Shown: one piece after another, positions 15,818 to 26,844 of the stretch
How the letters are laid out: each line of letters opens with the position of its first letter
Position numbering within the stretch: the stretch's first letter is position 1
Origin: a virus
Taxonomy: Duplodnaviria; Caudoviricetes
Reading direction: 5' to 3' (one strand)
IMG/VR virus record: IMGVR_UViG_3300046779_001827
Coordinates: 1 to 45,102 of that record
DNA: 45,102 nucleotides
The notes under the pieces: generated by a model
Databases searched by the model: none
What the model was told of the DNA's origin: nothing
The model's input: only the letters and a program-made list of their open reading frames with translations
Made by a program: the position numbers and the translations under genes

Positions 15818-17309
15818 ATGAGGATATATCAAATATTTGTTCCAGAGCTAGGCACATTTGTAAAGTACAAAGTTCTCGAGCAAGAAGAAATAAAAGACTT
15901 CATAGATACAATTTCTCTAGACAGAGAAATCTTAAGTGAGCAAGAATACTTTCTTTCTTTAAGAAAGACAATATTAGAAAATTTTATTTTTAATCTTAAG
16001 AGCGATGTATCAGAAGCATTGCGAGAGATGTCTCGCAAATCAGCTGAGAACTGCCTTAATGCATTATACTCACGGAGCAATAATGCTGAACCCATCTTTA
16101 GATGTGGATACTTGGATTAATATATCTTATTCAACTACACCTAAAAACTCAGATGATGAAGATTTATTAGATGATGCAGCAGCACAAGCTTTTTTTAAGG
16201 CTTTTAGAAAATCAACAAAAGATTCTAAAATGCCAAAGTTTGATGAAGAAGACTTTCCTTTCCTTCAAGACAAAAAGACAAAAAGAACACCCAAACCAAA
16301 AGCTATTACTAAGCAAAAGTTTTTAGGACTAGAGAATCATCTTAAAACCTGCATAATAGGGCAAGATACCGCAATAGATGTTATTGTGAATGCACTAAAG
16401 AGATCTCAAGCAGGTCTTGGGGATTTAGATAGGCCAATAGGAGTTTTTTTATTTGCAGGATCTTCAGGCGTTGGAAAGACTCACCTAGCAAACTCTTTGC
16501 ATAGGTATTTATTTGGGGCAGACAACCCAATGGTAAGAATTGACTGCGGAGAATTTCAACACAAACACGAAAACCAAAAGCTAATTGGCTCTCCGCCAGG
16601 ATACGTTGGCCATGATGAAGGTGGTCAACTTGTTAATTTGGTAAAGCAAAATCCTAACACAGTTGTTTTGTTAGACGAAGTTGAGAAAGCTCACCCAGAT
16701 CTTTGGAATACTTTTTTAAGAGTATTTGATGATGGAATATTAACAGACGCCAAAGGTGAAGTGGTAGATTTTAGAAACACAATTATAATCATGACCACTA
16801 ACCTTGGAAATGATAAAACCGCAGAACATCTTCTTTCCGGCGGTGCCGGTTTTACAAAAGATGTTAATTATAAAACAAAAACAAAAGTAATACCAGATAA
16901 AAGTGTCATTGAAAGAAATACAAATGATGCAATTAAAAAGCACTTTAAACCAGAGTTCATAAATAGAATAGATAAAACAGTAATATTTAATTATTTGTCT
17001 GAAAAAGATTGTCAGAAGATAGCAAGACTAGAAATGTCTGTTGTAATTGATAAGCTGTCAAGAAAAGGTTTCCAAGTTGAATATAGTGATAGTGTCATCA
17101 GCGCCCTTATAGAAAAAGGCATCGACAGCATTAAAGGGGCAAGAGGCTTGTCCCAAATAAGAAGAGAGCAAATCGAAACAAGGATAGCTGATACTTTAAT
17201 AAGCTCACCAGTTCCAAGAGGAACTACTTTTCATATTGATTTTGAAGAAAATGATTTTAAATTTAATGTTCAAAAACCAAAGAAAGAACTAGAAGTACCT
17301 AAAAATTAA
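15818..17309 (+). CDS. ClpA/B/C-family AAA+ ATPase (D2 domain only), interrupted by a +1 frameshift at CGGA 16073-16076
   Basis: IIGQD, FLFAGSSGVGKT, KLIGSPPGYVG, VLLDEVEKAHP, FKPEFINRID, GARGL; two ORFs joined at TCA-CGGA-GCA. Confidence 0.9.
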
Positions 17310-17350
17310 GTATTACTATTTTAATATACACCCTTGAAAGGACGCACACT

Positions 17351-17588
17351 ATGCCAAGAATGTCTCCAGGCGGAGCCGCTAAAAGAGGAAAAGCCTTTGC
17401 AGGTAAAGTTGCAGGATCAAAAATCGGCAAATCTATAGGAGCTTACGCATCCGCTAATCCAAAGAAAGCTGTAGCAATGGGAATGACCGGAGCAGCTGGA
17501 ATGGGGCGGAATAATGAAAAGAAGAGGTCCGGGAGTAAGTAGGAAATTTGCTAACGGCAGAAGATCAACATCAATCTATAAGTATTAG
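17351..17588 (+). CDS. Small basic Gly/Ala-rich protein with a probable +1 frameshift at CGGA 17507-17510
   Basis: Frame 0 stops at 17542; the +1 frame continues GIMKRRGPGVSRKFANGRRSTSIYKY to 17588, ending 11 nt before the next ATG. Confidence 0.6.
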
Positions 17589-17599
17589 GAATATTTAAA

Positions 17600-17929
17600 A
17601 TGAATGCATTTATGAGAGGCGCAGCAAAAGCTATGAGAATGGACAGCTCACGTGCTGCCTCATATCTTGGTAAAGGCTCAAAGAACGCAACAAGGTTAAT
17701 GGACAGGGCTGCAACAGCATCCGCAAATGCCATAGCCGCGGGAAGAACTGGAGCACAGTACGCCCCACATAATATGGCAATTAGGGCTAGGCAAATGCAG
17801 TTAGGAACTAGATATGCAGCCGGTGCCGTAGGAGTTGGAGTTTTAGGTTCACAGGGAAAGAATAGATCATCTTATAGACCACCAAGGCCAATGACTCAAG
17901 CTCCTTCTGGTTCTGGAAGATTCGCTTAA
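17600..17929 (+). CDS. Basic Ala/Gly/Arg-rich protein, 109 aa (possible internal virion protein)
   Basis: ORF composition; AGGA RBS. Confidence 0.7.
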   Translation: MNAFMRGAAKAMRMDSSRAASYLGKGSKNATRLMDRAATASANAIAAGRTGAQYAPHNMAIRARQMQLGTRYAAGAVGVGVLGSQGKNRSSYRPPRPMTQAPSGSGRFA

Positions 17930-17949
17930 AAAAAAAGAAAGTGTGATAT

Positions 17950-18363
17950 GTGATGAATGATTGGAAAAATTTTATTAATGAAAATGGCGACTTTGAGCTG
18001 CCAAATTTTCTTTATAAAACAATAACAGATTTAATGAAACAATCTTTGGATATGGGAACCCTTCTTTCTTCAGATCAACATAAGTTGAGGGCCTATAAAG
18101 AACAAACTAAAAAAATGTTCAAAGCAAGATGGTATGACATAGCAAAAGCTTTAGAGTATTTTAATATTATAGACCCCTGCATCTGTTCTTCAGATGATAG
18201 AGAAGTTTACTGCGATATATGTAAGGGCGCTAGGTATATTATTAGCTCAACACTAACAGCTGACCAAATGAGAGAGATTGGCCTGTTCACTAATGCAGGA
18301 ACAAGTATAGATATTATTGAGAAACTTCAAAAAAGTTTAAACGAAATAATACTAGAGGGATAA
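17950..18363 (+). CDS. Hypothetical protein with zinc site, 137 aa
   Basis: CIC...CDICKGARY. Confidence 0.75.
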   Translation: MMNDWKNFINENGDFELPNFLYKTITDLMKQSLDMGTLLSSDQHKLRAYKEQTKKMFKARWYDIAKALEYFNIIDPCICSSDDREVYCDICKGARYIISSTLTADQMREIGLFTNAGTSIDIIEKLQKSLNEIILEG

Positions 18364-18367
18364 AGTT

Positions 18368-18541
18368 TTGCAGTGCCCTCGATGTTCTTACAAACTTGAA
18401 AACGTTATTGAGTATTATCAACAGGAACCAAATTTTATTTATACCAAAGAATATTACTGCACAAAATGTAAAAGCTCAGTAATAGAGTATTTCGATGAAC
18501 AAGGATTGTTCGCTTCAGAATGGATTGATTTCAATGTCTAA
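18368..18541 (+). CDS. Small zinc-ribbon protein, 57 aa
   Basis: Read manually from TTG: CPRC...CTKC; GAGG RBS. Confidence 0.65.
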   Translation: MQCPRCSYKLENVIEYYQQEPNFIYTKEYYCTKCKSSVIEYFDEQGLFASEWIDFNV

Positions 18542-19253
18542 TATAGAAAAATCAGATGACAAAAATTCTTTTATGAAAAATTTTGAGTCTTTAAGACCAG
18601 ATTTATTCTTTCCAGAAACTTGGACAGATGAAGATAAAGAAAAAGCAATAGATTTAGTTAGACCACAAAAAACTAGAAACTCTATGTTTTCTTCAATACC
18701 CATGAATTGCGAAGCCGAGAAATGCATTTTTGCATCTACTTGCCCACTACTTAAAGAAAGTCTTGCTCCCAAAAATAATCCATGTCCAATTGAGATGTCA
18801 ATGGTTTCCCAATTTACAGCAGAGTATATGCAACAATTAGATGTCAATCCAAATAATCTTGTAGAAGTTTCTATGGTTAGAGATTTGGTAGACCAAGAAA
18901 TACAGTACATGAGAAAAACAAAACTTTTAGCAAAAGAACATTTCATTCAGGAAAATGTTATTGGAGTAGATCAAGATGGTCAACCAATTCTTAAGAAGGA
19001 ACTTCACTTAGCAGTTGAGCTAGAAGATAAGCTTCACAAAAGAAGAAAAGATCTAAGAAACCAACTTCTTGCAACTAGAGAAGCTAGAGCAAAAGTTGGT
19101 CAAGTACAACTTGATACAGCCCAAGCTATATCTGAGATTATTGATAAAGTACAGGCAATTGAAAATCAAAGAGATAAACTTCTTAAGCAAAAACTAGGAA
19201 CATACGAAGTTGACGACTACATAGAAGCGCAAACGGTTTCTGAAGATGGCTAA
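18534..19253 (+). CDS. Hypothetical protein with Cys cluster and coiled coil
   Basis: C..C..CP..CPIE motif; start placed at MSNIEK, coupled to the previous gene. Confidence 0.75.
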   Translation: MSNIEKSDDKNSFMKNFESLRPDLFFPETWTDEDKEKAIDLVRPQKTRNSMFSSIPMNCEAEKCIFASTCPLLKESLAPKNNPCPIEMSMVSQFTAEYMQQLDVNPNNLVEVSMVRDLVDQEIQYMRKTKLLAKEHFIQENVIGVDQDGQPILKKELHLAVELEDKLHKRRKDLRNQLLATREARAKVGQVQLDTAQAISEIIDKVQAIENQRDKLLKQKLGTYEVDDYIEAQTVSEDG

Positions 19254-22200
19254 TTTATTTGATCTGCACGCACAAGGCCTAATTAAGCCATTATCTCAAA
19301 TGAGAAATATGGGATCTTCTTTACCAGTTGATGCAGCTTCTATGATAGCTAAAAATATGGATAAACCAGTTTCATCTGGGCTTGGATTAACAGAGATTTG
19401 GGGCACTCCCGATATATTTTTAGAAAAATACAAAAATATTAATGATACATATTTACAATTATTAGATCAAGAATTAACAGCTCCTGGCATTAGTGAAGTA
19501 AAAAGAAGAATGTTAGAAGTGCACAAAAATGCGCCATCTATGAACTTTAGAGTTCTTTCATATCAAAATCAGCAAACGATGAAAGAGATGCTTAGAGGTA
19601 CCGATGGAATGAATATAGAAGCATTAATAGCACAACATGGAGCACCAGGAATGCTTCTGCCGTCAGAAAACCAGTATAGGTTAAATGGAAGAATTTTAAC
19701 CGACAACAGTAGGGGACGTCATCCCTTTATTGAATTTTTAAATTCTCTTCATTTTAGTACGGACACTCGCATACCGGGAATTAATTCAATAGACATAGGT
19801 TATTCAAATCTTCCAAGTTATGAAGCATTAAAGTCTGCCTATGAGCAGGGCCCAGATCTTACAAAGGTAATGCAACAAATTCAAAATTCAAGAAGAGCAG
19901 CAAAACTTTTTATTTATGACACAGAAACAACAGGGCTTGGTGTTTTTTCAAAAGTTAGAAACTTAGGAGCAGTTTCTACAACAGTAAACCTTAGCCCTTC
20001 AGGAGCAATGCAGTTTGGAAATATGAATACAATAATTAGCACTCATATGGCATCTTCTGAAATGGCAGAAATGATAGCTGTACAGCCAGGTTCTAGAATG
20101 AAAATACCATATTCTGAATACGCTTTTGGAAAAGAGAAAGTTCTTCCAACAGATGAGCTTTTTGACCTTTCAACCAAAGAAGGAAGACTAAAGTCCGTAA
20201 ATGCATACAAAAACTTTTTTGAATCAGCACTTCAGCATGATTATATTGTTGGTCACAATATAAATTTTGACATTCAAAAAGTGATGATGTCTGCTTCTCT
20301 AATAGAAGAATTTCACGCTGATGATGATGCAGTAAGGTTAATGGTTGATTTTGCGGAAAAAATAAAAAGAGGAGAAGTAATCAATACTTTGGACCTACTA
20401 CGTGGAAGCCAGATGCAACAGGCTCTTGAATCGGCAAGAGCAGCTGGACTTACGGGAGCAGATGCAGATAGGTTTGCAGAAAAGTTGATTGGCACAGTAT
20501 TTAGTGAAAAGTCTTTGGGTAAAATGGGCTTTGCAAATGTTGCTCCAGCATCAATAGAAAATGCACTATTGAGCTCTAATCTTATAGACTTAATTGAAGC
20601 TGATGGCACAGAAGGAGCTGATCTTGTTAAAAGGCTAGCTGCAGGAAAAACTCACGAGTCAATTACAGACGCAAAAATAACCGGATATATTTTAAGGTTT
20701 GTTCAAAATGGAGATTTAAGATGGGGGTCTCCGAGCACAAGTCCAAACGCAAATAAAGCAGCGTTGGCAGTAATGAAATCATCCGCTTACGTTTCTACAA
20801 CTAGCTATTCAGATGTTCAGGAGATGACAGGAGCAGCATTAAGGTACTCTCAAACAGATGAAGGAATGAGAGGTGCAAGGATTTATGATGATGCAAGAGG
20901 AGAAATAATTTCATATAACAAAAATAAAAAACAATGGACAGGAAGAAGGTTAGGTTTAGATGGATCAACTATAGAAAATATTATTCCAGATTCTGTTGCA
21001 GAACCTAAAGTTAAGGCTGCAATTGAAGCTTCAAGACTTGGTAACGATTCAGAATTATTTAATTTTAATTTTGGTTTCCTACAAGCGTCTAGAGCAGAAC
21101 AAGTGTTGGATAATGTTGGAGTAATAGCATCAAACATATCAGCAACGGTAGGAAGTGGAGCAGGTAGAGTAAGAGCAACAGCTTCAGGACTTTTAGCGGG
21201 CGGAGATACCGCGTTAGACGACGCATTTATTAGAGCTCTTGGTTCTACTCAAGAAGAAATTGGTTTTAATTTTTATTATGATTCTCATACACTTCCATCA
21301 GCAATGAGACAAGCAATGAATGAGCCGTTTGAAGTTACAAGCGCAGCACAAAAAGCTGCATATGTTCAAAGATTAGCAGAAGGGGGAATAGCTAACTCGC
21401 TGCTAGATCCCACTATAAGAAGGTCTGCAGTAGAGTTTGCTAGAATTACTAGTCAGGTTCCTTACCTTAATAAAAATATAGATGCAACCGGAGCTGTAAG
21501 AAGAAAAATTACTAAAAAATTTGAAGCAGAAGTAGCAGCTGGGGCGATGCAGCAAGATCAGCTCGATGAACTGATTTCCCTATCAGACGAAGACTTTAAT
21601 GCAAAGTACGCAACTGCAATATCTACCTATAATACAAACGCTGCTCAAGTTTCTAGAGCAGCAGCGGAATTGGGAGGAGGCTTTCTTCAGACTCAAAAAT
21701 CTGTTCAAATATTTAATAGAACTGGAGGAATATCTGTCATAGCAATACCTGAACAAATAGCTAGTCAAATAAATGTTACTGTCGGAGGAAGGCAAATAGG
21801 ACTTTCAAGCGATGAATTTCTTAAAGACAGAAGTTTAAATAGATTTAGAGTTTCAATAGCAGAAACAGAAAACGCAAAGTACGCAAACATAGTGATGGGC
21901 GATCATATGGCAGATACAAAAATTGAAAGAAAAATGGCACAAGAAATATCAGAACAATATCTTCAGATATTAAAGGACACAATTGAATCAACTGATGAAG
22001 TTGATCTTTTAGAAAGTGGAATGTTTGTTTCTTCTGAGCAAGTAAAAGAAGTCAGAGCAGCTTTGTCTACAAAAGAATCAATGGATCAAATGGCATCCGA
22101 TATTGCAGATTCTATTTCTGAACGAGGATTTATACGCGCAACAATTGGTGGAGACGTAGGAACAGCAGAATATGACGTTGCGTCCGCACTGCAAACAATG

Positions 22201-22869
22201 GTGCGAGAAAAAGGGGAAGGCATTGCAAACGATACAAAGGCGCTTTCAGAAGGATTTGAATTTGAAATGACTAAAGTCGGAAAATATTCAACAGAACTAC
22301 AAATAAGGGTTTCAGATGCAGAAATAGGAATGATTCGAACAGCAAATCCAGCAGTAGCTGATTTCATAGAAGGAACTGGAGCGTCGCCAAGCATGGCTGA
22401 AACAGTTTCGGAACAAAGAGCAGCTTTGATGGAAAGAGCAGACGCAGATAGGGCATTTGCGCAAAGGGTTATAAGAGAAGATCAAATAAGATCTGGAACT
22501 AAAAGGGGCGTTATCTCAACGCTTTTAGGAAGGTCTGCAGATAGAGACGCAGAGCTAGTCGCTAAATATCGCAGACTTAAACCAAAAATTGGCTATGGAG
22601 CTTTGGCTGTCGGTGTGCTTGGTGCCGGTTACTATATTAATAAAAAAAGAAAAGAAAATAATTTATATGACGAAACAGTTGAGCAGCAACCATATGAAAA
22701 AACTGGATTTGTTTCTCAGCAAAATGATGGTTTTGTTCAAATAAATTCTCCAATTTCTTCAAGACGAGATCCATTAACTACAGCAGGTGTAGTTGGCACT
22801 CTAGATAGAAATAAAGTCGGTCACACTCAAATGGGGCCAAATAAGTACAATCATTTATATGGAAGATAA
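19246..22869 (+). CDS. Large 1207-aa protein with a DEDDh (DnaQ-like) exonuclease domain and a C-terminal hydrophobic segment
   Basis: IYDTETTGL, IVGHNINFDI, HESITD; IGYGALAVGVLGAGYYI near the C-terminus. Confidence 0.8.
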   Translation: MANLFDLHAQGLIKPLSQMRNMGSSLPVDAASMIAKNMDKPVSSGLGLTEIWGTPDIFLEKYKNINDTYLQLLDQELTAPGISEVKRRMLEVHKNAPSMNFRVLSYQNQQTMKEMLRGTDGMNIEALIAQHGAPGMLLPSENQYRLNGRILTDNSRGRHPFIEFLNSLHFSTDTRIPGINSIDIGYSNLPSYEALKSAYEQGPDLTKVMQQIQNSRRAAKLFIYDTETTGLGVFSKVRNLGAVSTTVNLSPSGAMQFGNMNTIISTHMASSEMAEMIAVQPGSRMKIPYSEYAFGKEKVLPTDELFDLSTKEGRLKSVNAYKNFFESALQHDYIVGHNINFDIQKVMMSASLIEEFHADDDAVRLMVDFAEKIKRGEVINTLDLLRGSQMQQALESARAAGLTGADADRFAEKLIGTVFSEKSLGKMGFANVAPASIENALLSSNLIDLIEADGTEGADLVKRLAAGKTHESITDAKITGYILRFVQNGDLRWGSPSTSPNANKAALAVMKSSAYVSTTSYSDVQEMTGAALRYSQTDEGMRGARIYDDARGEIISYNKNKKQWTGRRLGLDGSTIENIIPDSVAEPKVKAAIEASRLGNDSELFNFNFGFLQASRAEQVLDNVGVIASNISATVGSGAGRVRATASGLLAGGDTALDDAFIRALGSTQEEIGFNFYYDSHTLPSAMRQAMNEPFEVTSAAQKAAYVQRLAEGGIANSLLDPTIRRSAVEFARITSQVPYLNKNIDATGAVRRKITKKFEAEVAAGAMQQDQLDELISLSDEDFNAKYATAISTYNTNAAQVSRAAAELGGGFLQTQKSVQIFNRTGGISVIAIPEQIASQINVTVGGRQIGLSSDEFLKDRSLNRFRVSIAETENAKYANIVMGDHMADTKIERKMAQEISEQYLQILKDTIESTDEVDLLESGMFVSSEQVKEVRAALSTKESMDQMASDIADSISERGFIRATIGGDVGTAEYDVASALQTMVREKGEGIANDTKALSEGFEFEMTKVGKYSTELQIRVSDAEIGMIRTANPAVADFIEGTGASPSMAETVSEQRAALMERADADRAFAQRVIREDQIRSGTKRGVISTLLGRSADRDAELVAKYRRLKPKIGYGALAVGVLGAGYYINKKRKENNLYDETVEQQPYEKTGFVSQQNDGFVQINSPISSRRDPLTTAGVVGTLDRNKVGHTQMGPNKYNHLYGR

Positions 22870-22871
22870 TT

Positions 22872-23522
22872 ATGGCTATTTTAGGAACAGTAGGACGATC
22901 ACTAGGGTCATTTGTTGGTAGCAAAAAAGTTTCTGTCCCCTTGATTGCAGGGTCTCTTTTAGCTGGTTTTGTAGGAAAAGGTTCTGAAGGCGCAGTTTCT
23001 AATATGATGGATGTTTCTTTTGGAACTCCAGACGCAGACAACTACATGCTAGGAGGTAGAGATTTAACTCCATCTATGGCCATGGGCGCACTAGCTCCAG
23101 GATTTCTTGGAACAGCAGGAAGAATAGCAAATGTTGCAGATCTTGGTGGGTATGGAACATCTAACGCAATGTTAGGAGGAATGGGGGTTGGGGCTTTAGC
23201 TGGAACTGGAATTGGAGCATATGCAGGAATAAAGGGCGCAGGAAGAGCCATGAAAACAATATCTGGAGGAAGAGGAGCTATAGCAAAAACCTTTGGAGGA
23301 GCCGTTGCAGGAATAACGGGAGCATTAGGCCCAGCAATTGGTGGGGCAATTGGAGCAGGAGTTGGAGCAGGAGTTGGAGCTTTTGGAGCAACAACTCCAT
23401 ATAGAAGGAATAAACAATTATTCAATAACTCGCCTTACTACAATACATCACTTTCTAATGCAGAGAGACTAAACGCAAGTGGAGACATTGTTCTCGGAAT
23501 GCATAACTCGAGGAGAGGTTAA
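22872..23522 (+). CDS. Gly-zipper membrane/virion protein, 216 aa
   Basis: GxxxG repeats (GGAIGAGVGAGVGAFG). Confidence 0.75.
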   Translation: MAILGTVGRSLGSFVGSKKVSVPLIAGSLLAGFVGKGSEGAVSNMMDVSFGTPDADNYMLGGRDLTPSMAMGALAPGFLGTAGRIANVADLGGYGTSNAMLGGMGVGALAGTGIGAYAGIKGAGRAMKTISGGRGAIAKTFGGAVAGITGALGPAIGGAIGAGVGAGVGAFGATTPYRRNKQLFNNSPYYNTSLSNAERLNASGDIVLGMHNSRRG

Positions 23523-24958
23523 TGCCACTTAATCCAATGACTGGTCAATTTGAGTATGGCGGAGAGTCATACAATATGCCCACTATGGGTGCTGGTATGG
23601 CTGCTGCCGGAATGGAAACCGTTGGCGCAGACATTCCATTAGCTTTTAGGCTTATGGAAAACATGCCAGGAATTACAGCTATGGCATTATTTAATGCTAG
23701 GCGTTTCGCCAATACAATGCAAAAAGGTGGATATAGAGACGTTTTGGATCCAGATGCAAAAGTCTCTAGAGGAAAAATGAGAAGGGCTAAAAGGGTTGGA
23801 GCTTTTCTTCCTGATGGTTCTGGAGGAGTTGCTCAAACAACAGATGCCAAAAGGTTTATGTTCGGATCAAGAAGAGACTTAACTGGAAAAACGCCATTTC
23901 TTAAATCCTCCTTAGCAACTAACAATCCTTTTAGGCTTAGGAATCTTTTTAGAAATCCAACACTAGCTCACTTAAGTGGCATGGCATCTGGTGGACAATA
24001 TACGCCATATCAAGGCATGAGCATGATGGATAGGGCGCTAAAAAATAGACCATTTATGAAGCAGGCTCGCACAAATATGGCAGGATTAGGAGTGACAGAT
24101 GATACTCCAATGTTGTCAGGAGGAGTTTTGGGTAGGTTGTCGACAATGGGTCGAGCTTATAAAGCTGAGCTTATGGATCTAAAAGGCGCAAGAATGCAAG
24201 CGAGAAAGCCATTGTTTAGAAAAGCAACAATGGGCGGAATCAGAGGCAGAAGAATGCAAGCTAAAGCCGCTAAAATTACTAGCGGAATAGATAGAAGCTT
24301 AGATCTTCTAGGTCAAAGCGCAAGAGGTCCACTAATGCCTGGCAGAGTAGTGCCCTATGATAAAAGTATGAACACAAGAATTGCAATGACGTCAGGAGGA
24401 AGATTTACGTCTGGCTTCCTAGAAGATGTTGGAACTATCCTAGACTCAGACCTAATGAAAAAAGGTGCAGCACCAAAAGCAAGAAATCCTCTGTCTCAAC
24501 AAAGGTATAGGGATATGTTTGAAAAAGTTTTAGGAGGACCAGGATCAGAGGTTACCAAGGCAATGACGGATCTTGATACAAGAACTGTTAGGAATTTAGC
24601 AGGAAAAGCTTTTCAAGCTGGAGAAAGAAAAATAGGCTTTCAACTAGCAGGAAGATACAGCGCTGCGCAATTTGTAAAAGCATCTGGACCTTTAAATATT
24701 ATAGGAACTGCAGCAGTCGTATATGATCTAGGTAAAATGGCTGCTACAGCAGTTGTTGGAGCTGGAAACTTTGCTAAAGAAGCTGTAAAATCTATGCAGG
24801 GATCTATGCGCAAACCTTTGTTTGGAATGGGATACCAAGATAACGAAGTTGCAGCAACATCTAGATCAAGAGGAGTTATGGCTATACAAAATTCACGCTT
24901 AAACGCCAGATCAATGCTAGGCTCAGAAGCAGGAATGATGGCAGCCCATTTTGGATAA
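23522..24958 (+). CDS. Basic Gly/Met-rich protein, 478 aa (possible internal virion/ejection protein)
   Basis: ORF composition; coupled to neighbours. Confidence 0.75.
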   Translation: MPLNPMTGQFEYGGESYNMPTMGAGMAAAGMETVGADIPLAFRLMENMPGITAMALFNARRFANTMQKGGYRDVLDPDAKVSRGKMRRAKRVGAFLPDGSGGVAQTTDAKRFMFGSRRDLTGKTPFLKSSLATNNPFRLRNLFRNPTLAHLSGMASGGQYTPYQGMSMMDRALKNRPFMKQARTNMAGLGVTDDTPMLSGGVLGRLSTMGRAYKAELMDLKGARMQARKPLFRKATMGGIRGRRMQAKAAKITSGIDRSLDLLGQSARGPLMPGRVVPYDKSMNTRIAMTSGGRFTSGFLEDVGTILDSDLMKKGAAPKARNPLSQQRYRDMFEKVLGGPGSEVTKAMTDLDTRTVRNLAGKAFQAGERKIGFQLAGRYSAAQFVKASGPLNIIGTAAVVYDLGKMAATAVVGAGNFAKEAVKSMQGSMRKPLFGMGYQDNEVAATSRSRGVMAIQNSRLNARSMLGSEAGMMAAHFG

Positions 24959-24960
24959 AT

Positions 24961-26839
24961 ATGTCAAATACAATAAAAAATAAAACTATTAAATTTAGAA
25001 AAGCTTTAGAAAACCTATCAAGAGAAGATCTTTTAGAAATAATTAAACTACAAGATGTAGATACAGTAAAAGAAATAAACAGAATTGAATGGGTTTTTGA
25101 AAATAAACTAAAGCACTTAAACTGGGCAGATGGTTCCACTGTTACGGAAAGACCTTTAACAAATAGAGAATTAGCTCTTTTGATTGACGAGCCATTTGAA
25201 GTTGATTATGATTTAGTTGACGCGCGGAATAACAGCAGAACAACAAAGGCAGTTACACTTAGCTAAAGACCCGTGTGTTTGGGCTAGAGAATTTTTGGAC
25301 GCAAGAACAAGAGTCTATCAGACTCTAATATTAAGAGATCCTTCTTTAAGAAAGGTTCTAAGAGCTGGTCGTCGTTTAGGTAAAACTTTTAGTATGGCAA
25401 TTTATTTGCTCCACTATAGTTACACGCACAAAGATGGAAGATGTTTGGTTATTGCGCCGATGAAATCTCACGTAGAATTAATCTATCAAGAAATAGTTAG
25501 ATTAGCTTCTAAAAATGAGATAGTTCTTAATTCAATTACAAGAAAAGTTACTTCTCCGCAGTTCATGATTCAGTTTTCTAACGGATCAACAATCAGATTC
25601 TTTACTTCAGGCATGAGATCTGGAGGCAAGTCCGACGTAGCTAGAGGTCAAGAAGCTCACGTTATCGTTCTTGACGAAATGGACTATATGCACGCAGATG
25701 ACTTAGATGCTCTTTATGCAATGCTGCAGAAAACCGCAGAAGATCAACCAGATAAAGTTTTGATTGGGGCATCAACTCCAACTGGTAGGAGAGAAAGATT
25801 CTGGGAATGGTGCAGGAGTTCTAGATTTAAAGAGTTTTGGTTTCCATCATACTGCAATCCTTATTTTTCTAAAGAACAAGAAGATGAATTTAGAGAGCAA
25901 TATTCTGATGTTGGCTATAGACACGAAATCGAAGCTGACTGGGGCGAAGACGCGGAAGGTGTTTATCCAAGAAAGTTTATAGATATTGCATTTATGGATC
26001 CAGGTTGGAGGTATGAGCCAGAAATGCAGTCAGCAAGAAGCTTCTTTACAATAGGCGTAGACTGGGACAAATATGGCGCAGGAACAAATATTGTTGTTTT
26101 AGAAGTGTGTGCACATAACTATGAAGAAGAAAGATTCAGAAACAAAGTAAGAGTAGCTTACAGAGAAGAAATTGAAAGATCTGAATATACTTTAACCAAA
26201 GCAGTGAGCAGGATCGTAGAACTAAATGACATTTTTCAGCCTAAGCACATTTACGTTGACAGAGGCTATGGAGAAGTTCAGGTAGAACTGCTTCATAAGT
26301 ACGGTGTAGAAAATCCAATATCTGGATTGAAAACAAAAGTTAAAGGAGTTAGCTTTAGCGAAACAATAGATATTAGAGATCCATATACAAAGCAATTGGT
26401 TAAAAAAGAAATTAAACCATATATGGTTGATAACCTAAGACAATATTTGGAAAAAGAAACTATTCTATTTCCTGCAGAAGATGATGAGCTTTATGTTCAG
26501 TTAATATCTTATATTGTTTTAAGAACAACTCAAACTGGCAGACCAGTTTTTGAGGCTGGTGGATCAGCGGTTGACCACGCACACGACGCTCTAATTTTGG
26601 CATTACTATCAATAACAGAAAATTACAGCGATCTTCATAGGGCTAGATTTGCTTCAAATACTGAAACGTTTTCAAACACCTTCTTTATGCCAAAACAAAG
26701 CTCTGGAGAAGACGAAGAAATAGATCATAGTTCAAGATTTGTTTCAGGAAGAAATTCAAGCTTAGTTAAAAACAAAATAGGCTATAATAGAGGGTTCTCT
26801 AGAAAAAGCGGATCATCAATTAAAAGAAAGATATTCTAA
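24961..26839 (+). CDS. terL: Terminase large subunit, interrupted by a +1 frameshift at CGGA 25225-25228
   Basis: AGRRLGKT Walker A, IVLDEMD Walker B, ASTPTG motif III, IGVDW and DHAHDAL nuclease motifs; 101-aa upstream ORF joined at GCG-CGGA-ATA. Confidence 0.9.
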
Positions 26840-26844
26840 ATATT

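Noticed and set aside
24961-25266. 101-aa ORF as a separate small terminase subunit
   Set aside because: The downstream ORF has only a TTG start with no RBS, and the overlap contains the same CGGA junction as three other genes, so fusion is the simpler reading. Not formally excluded.
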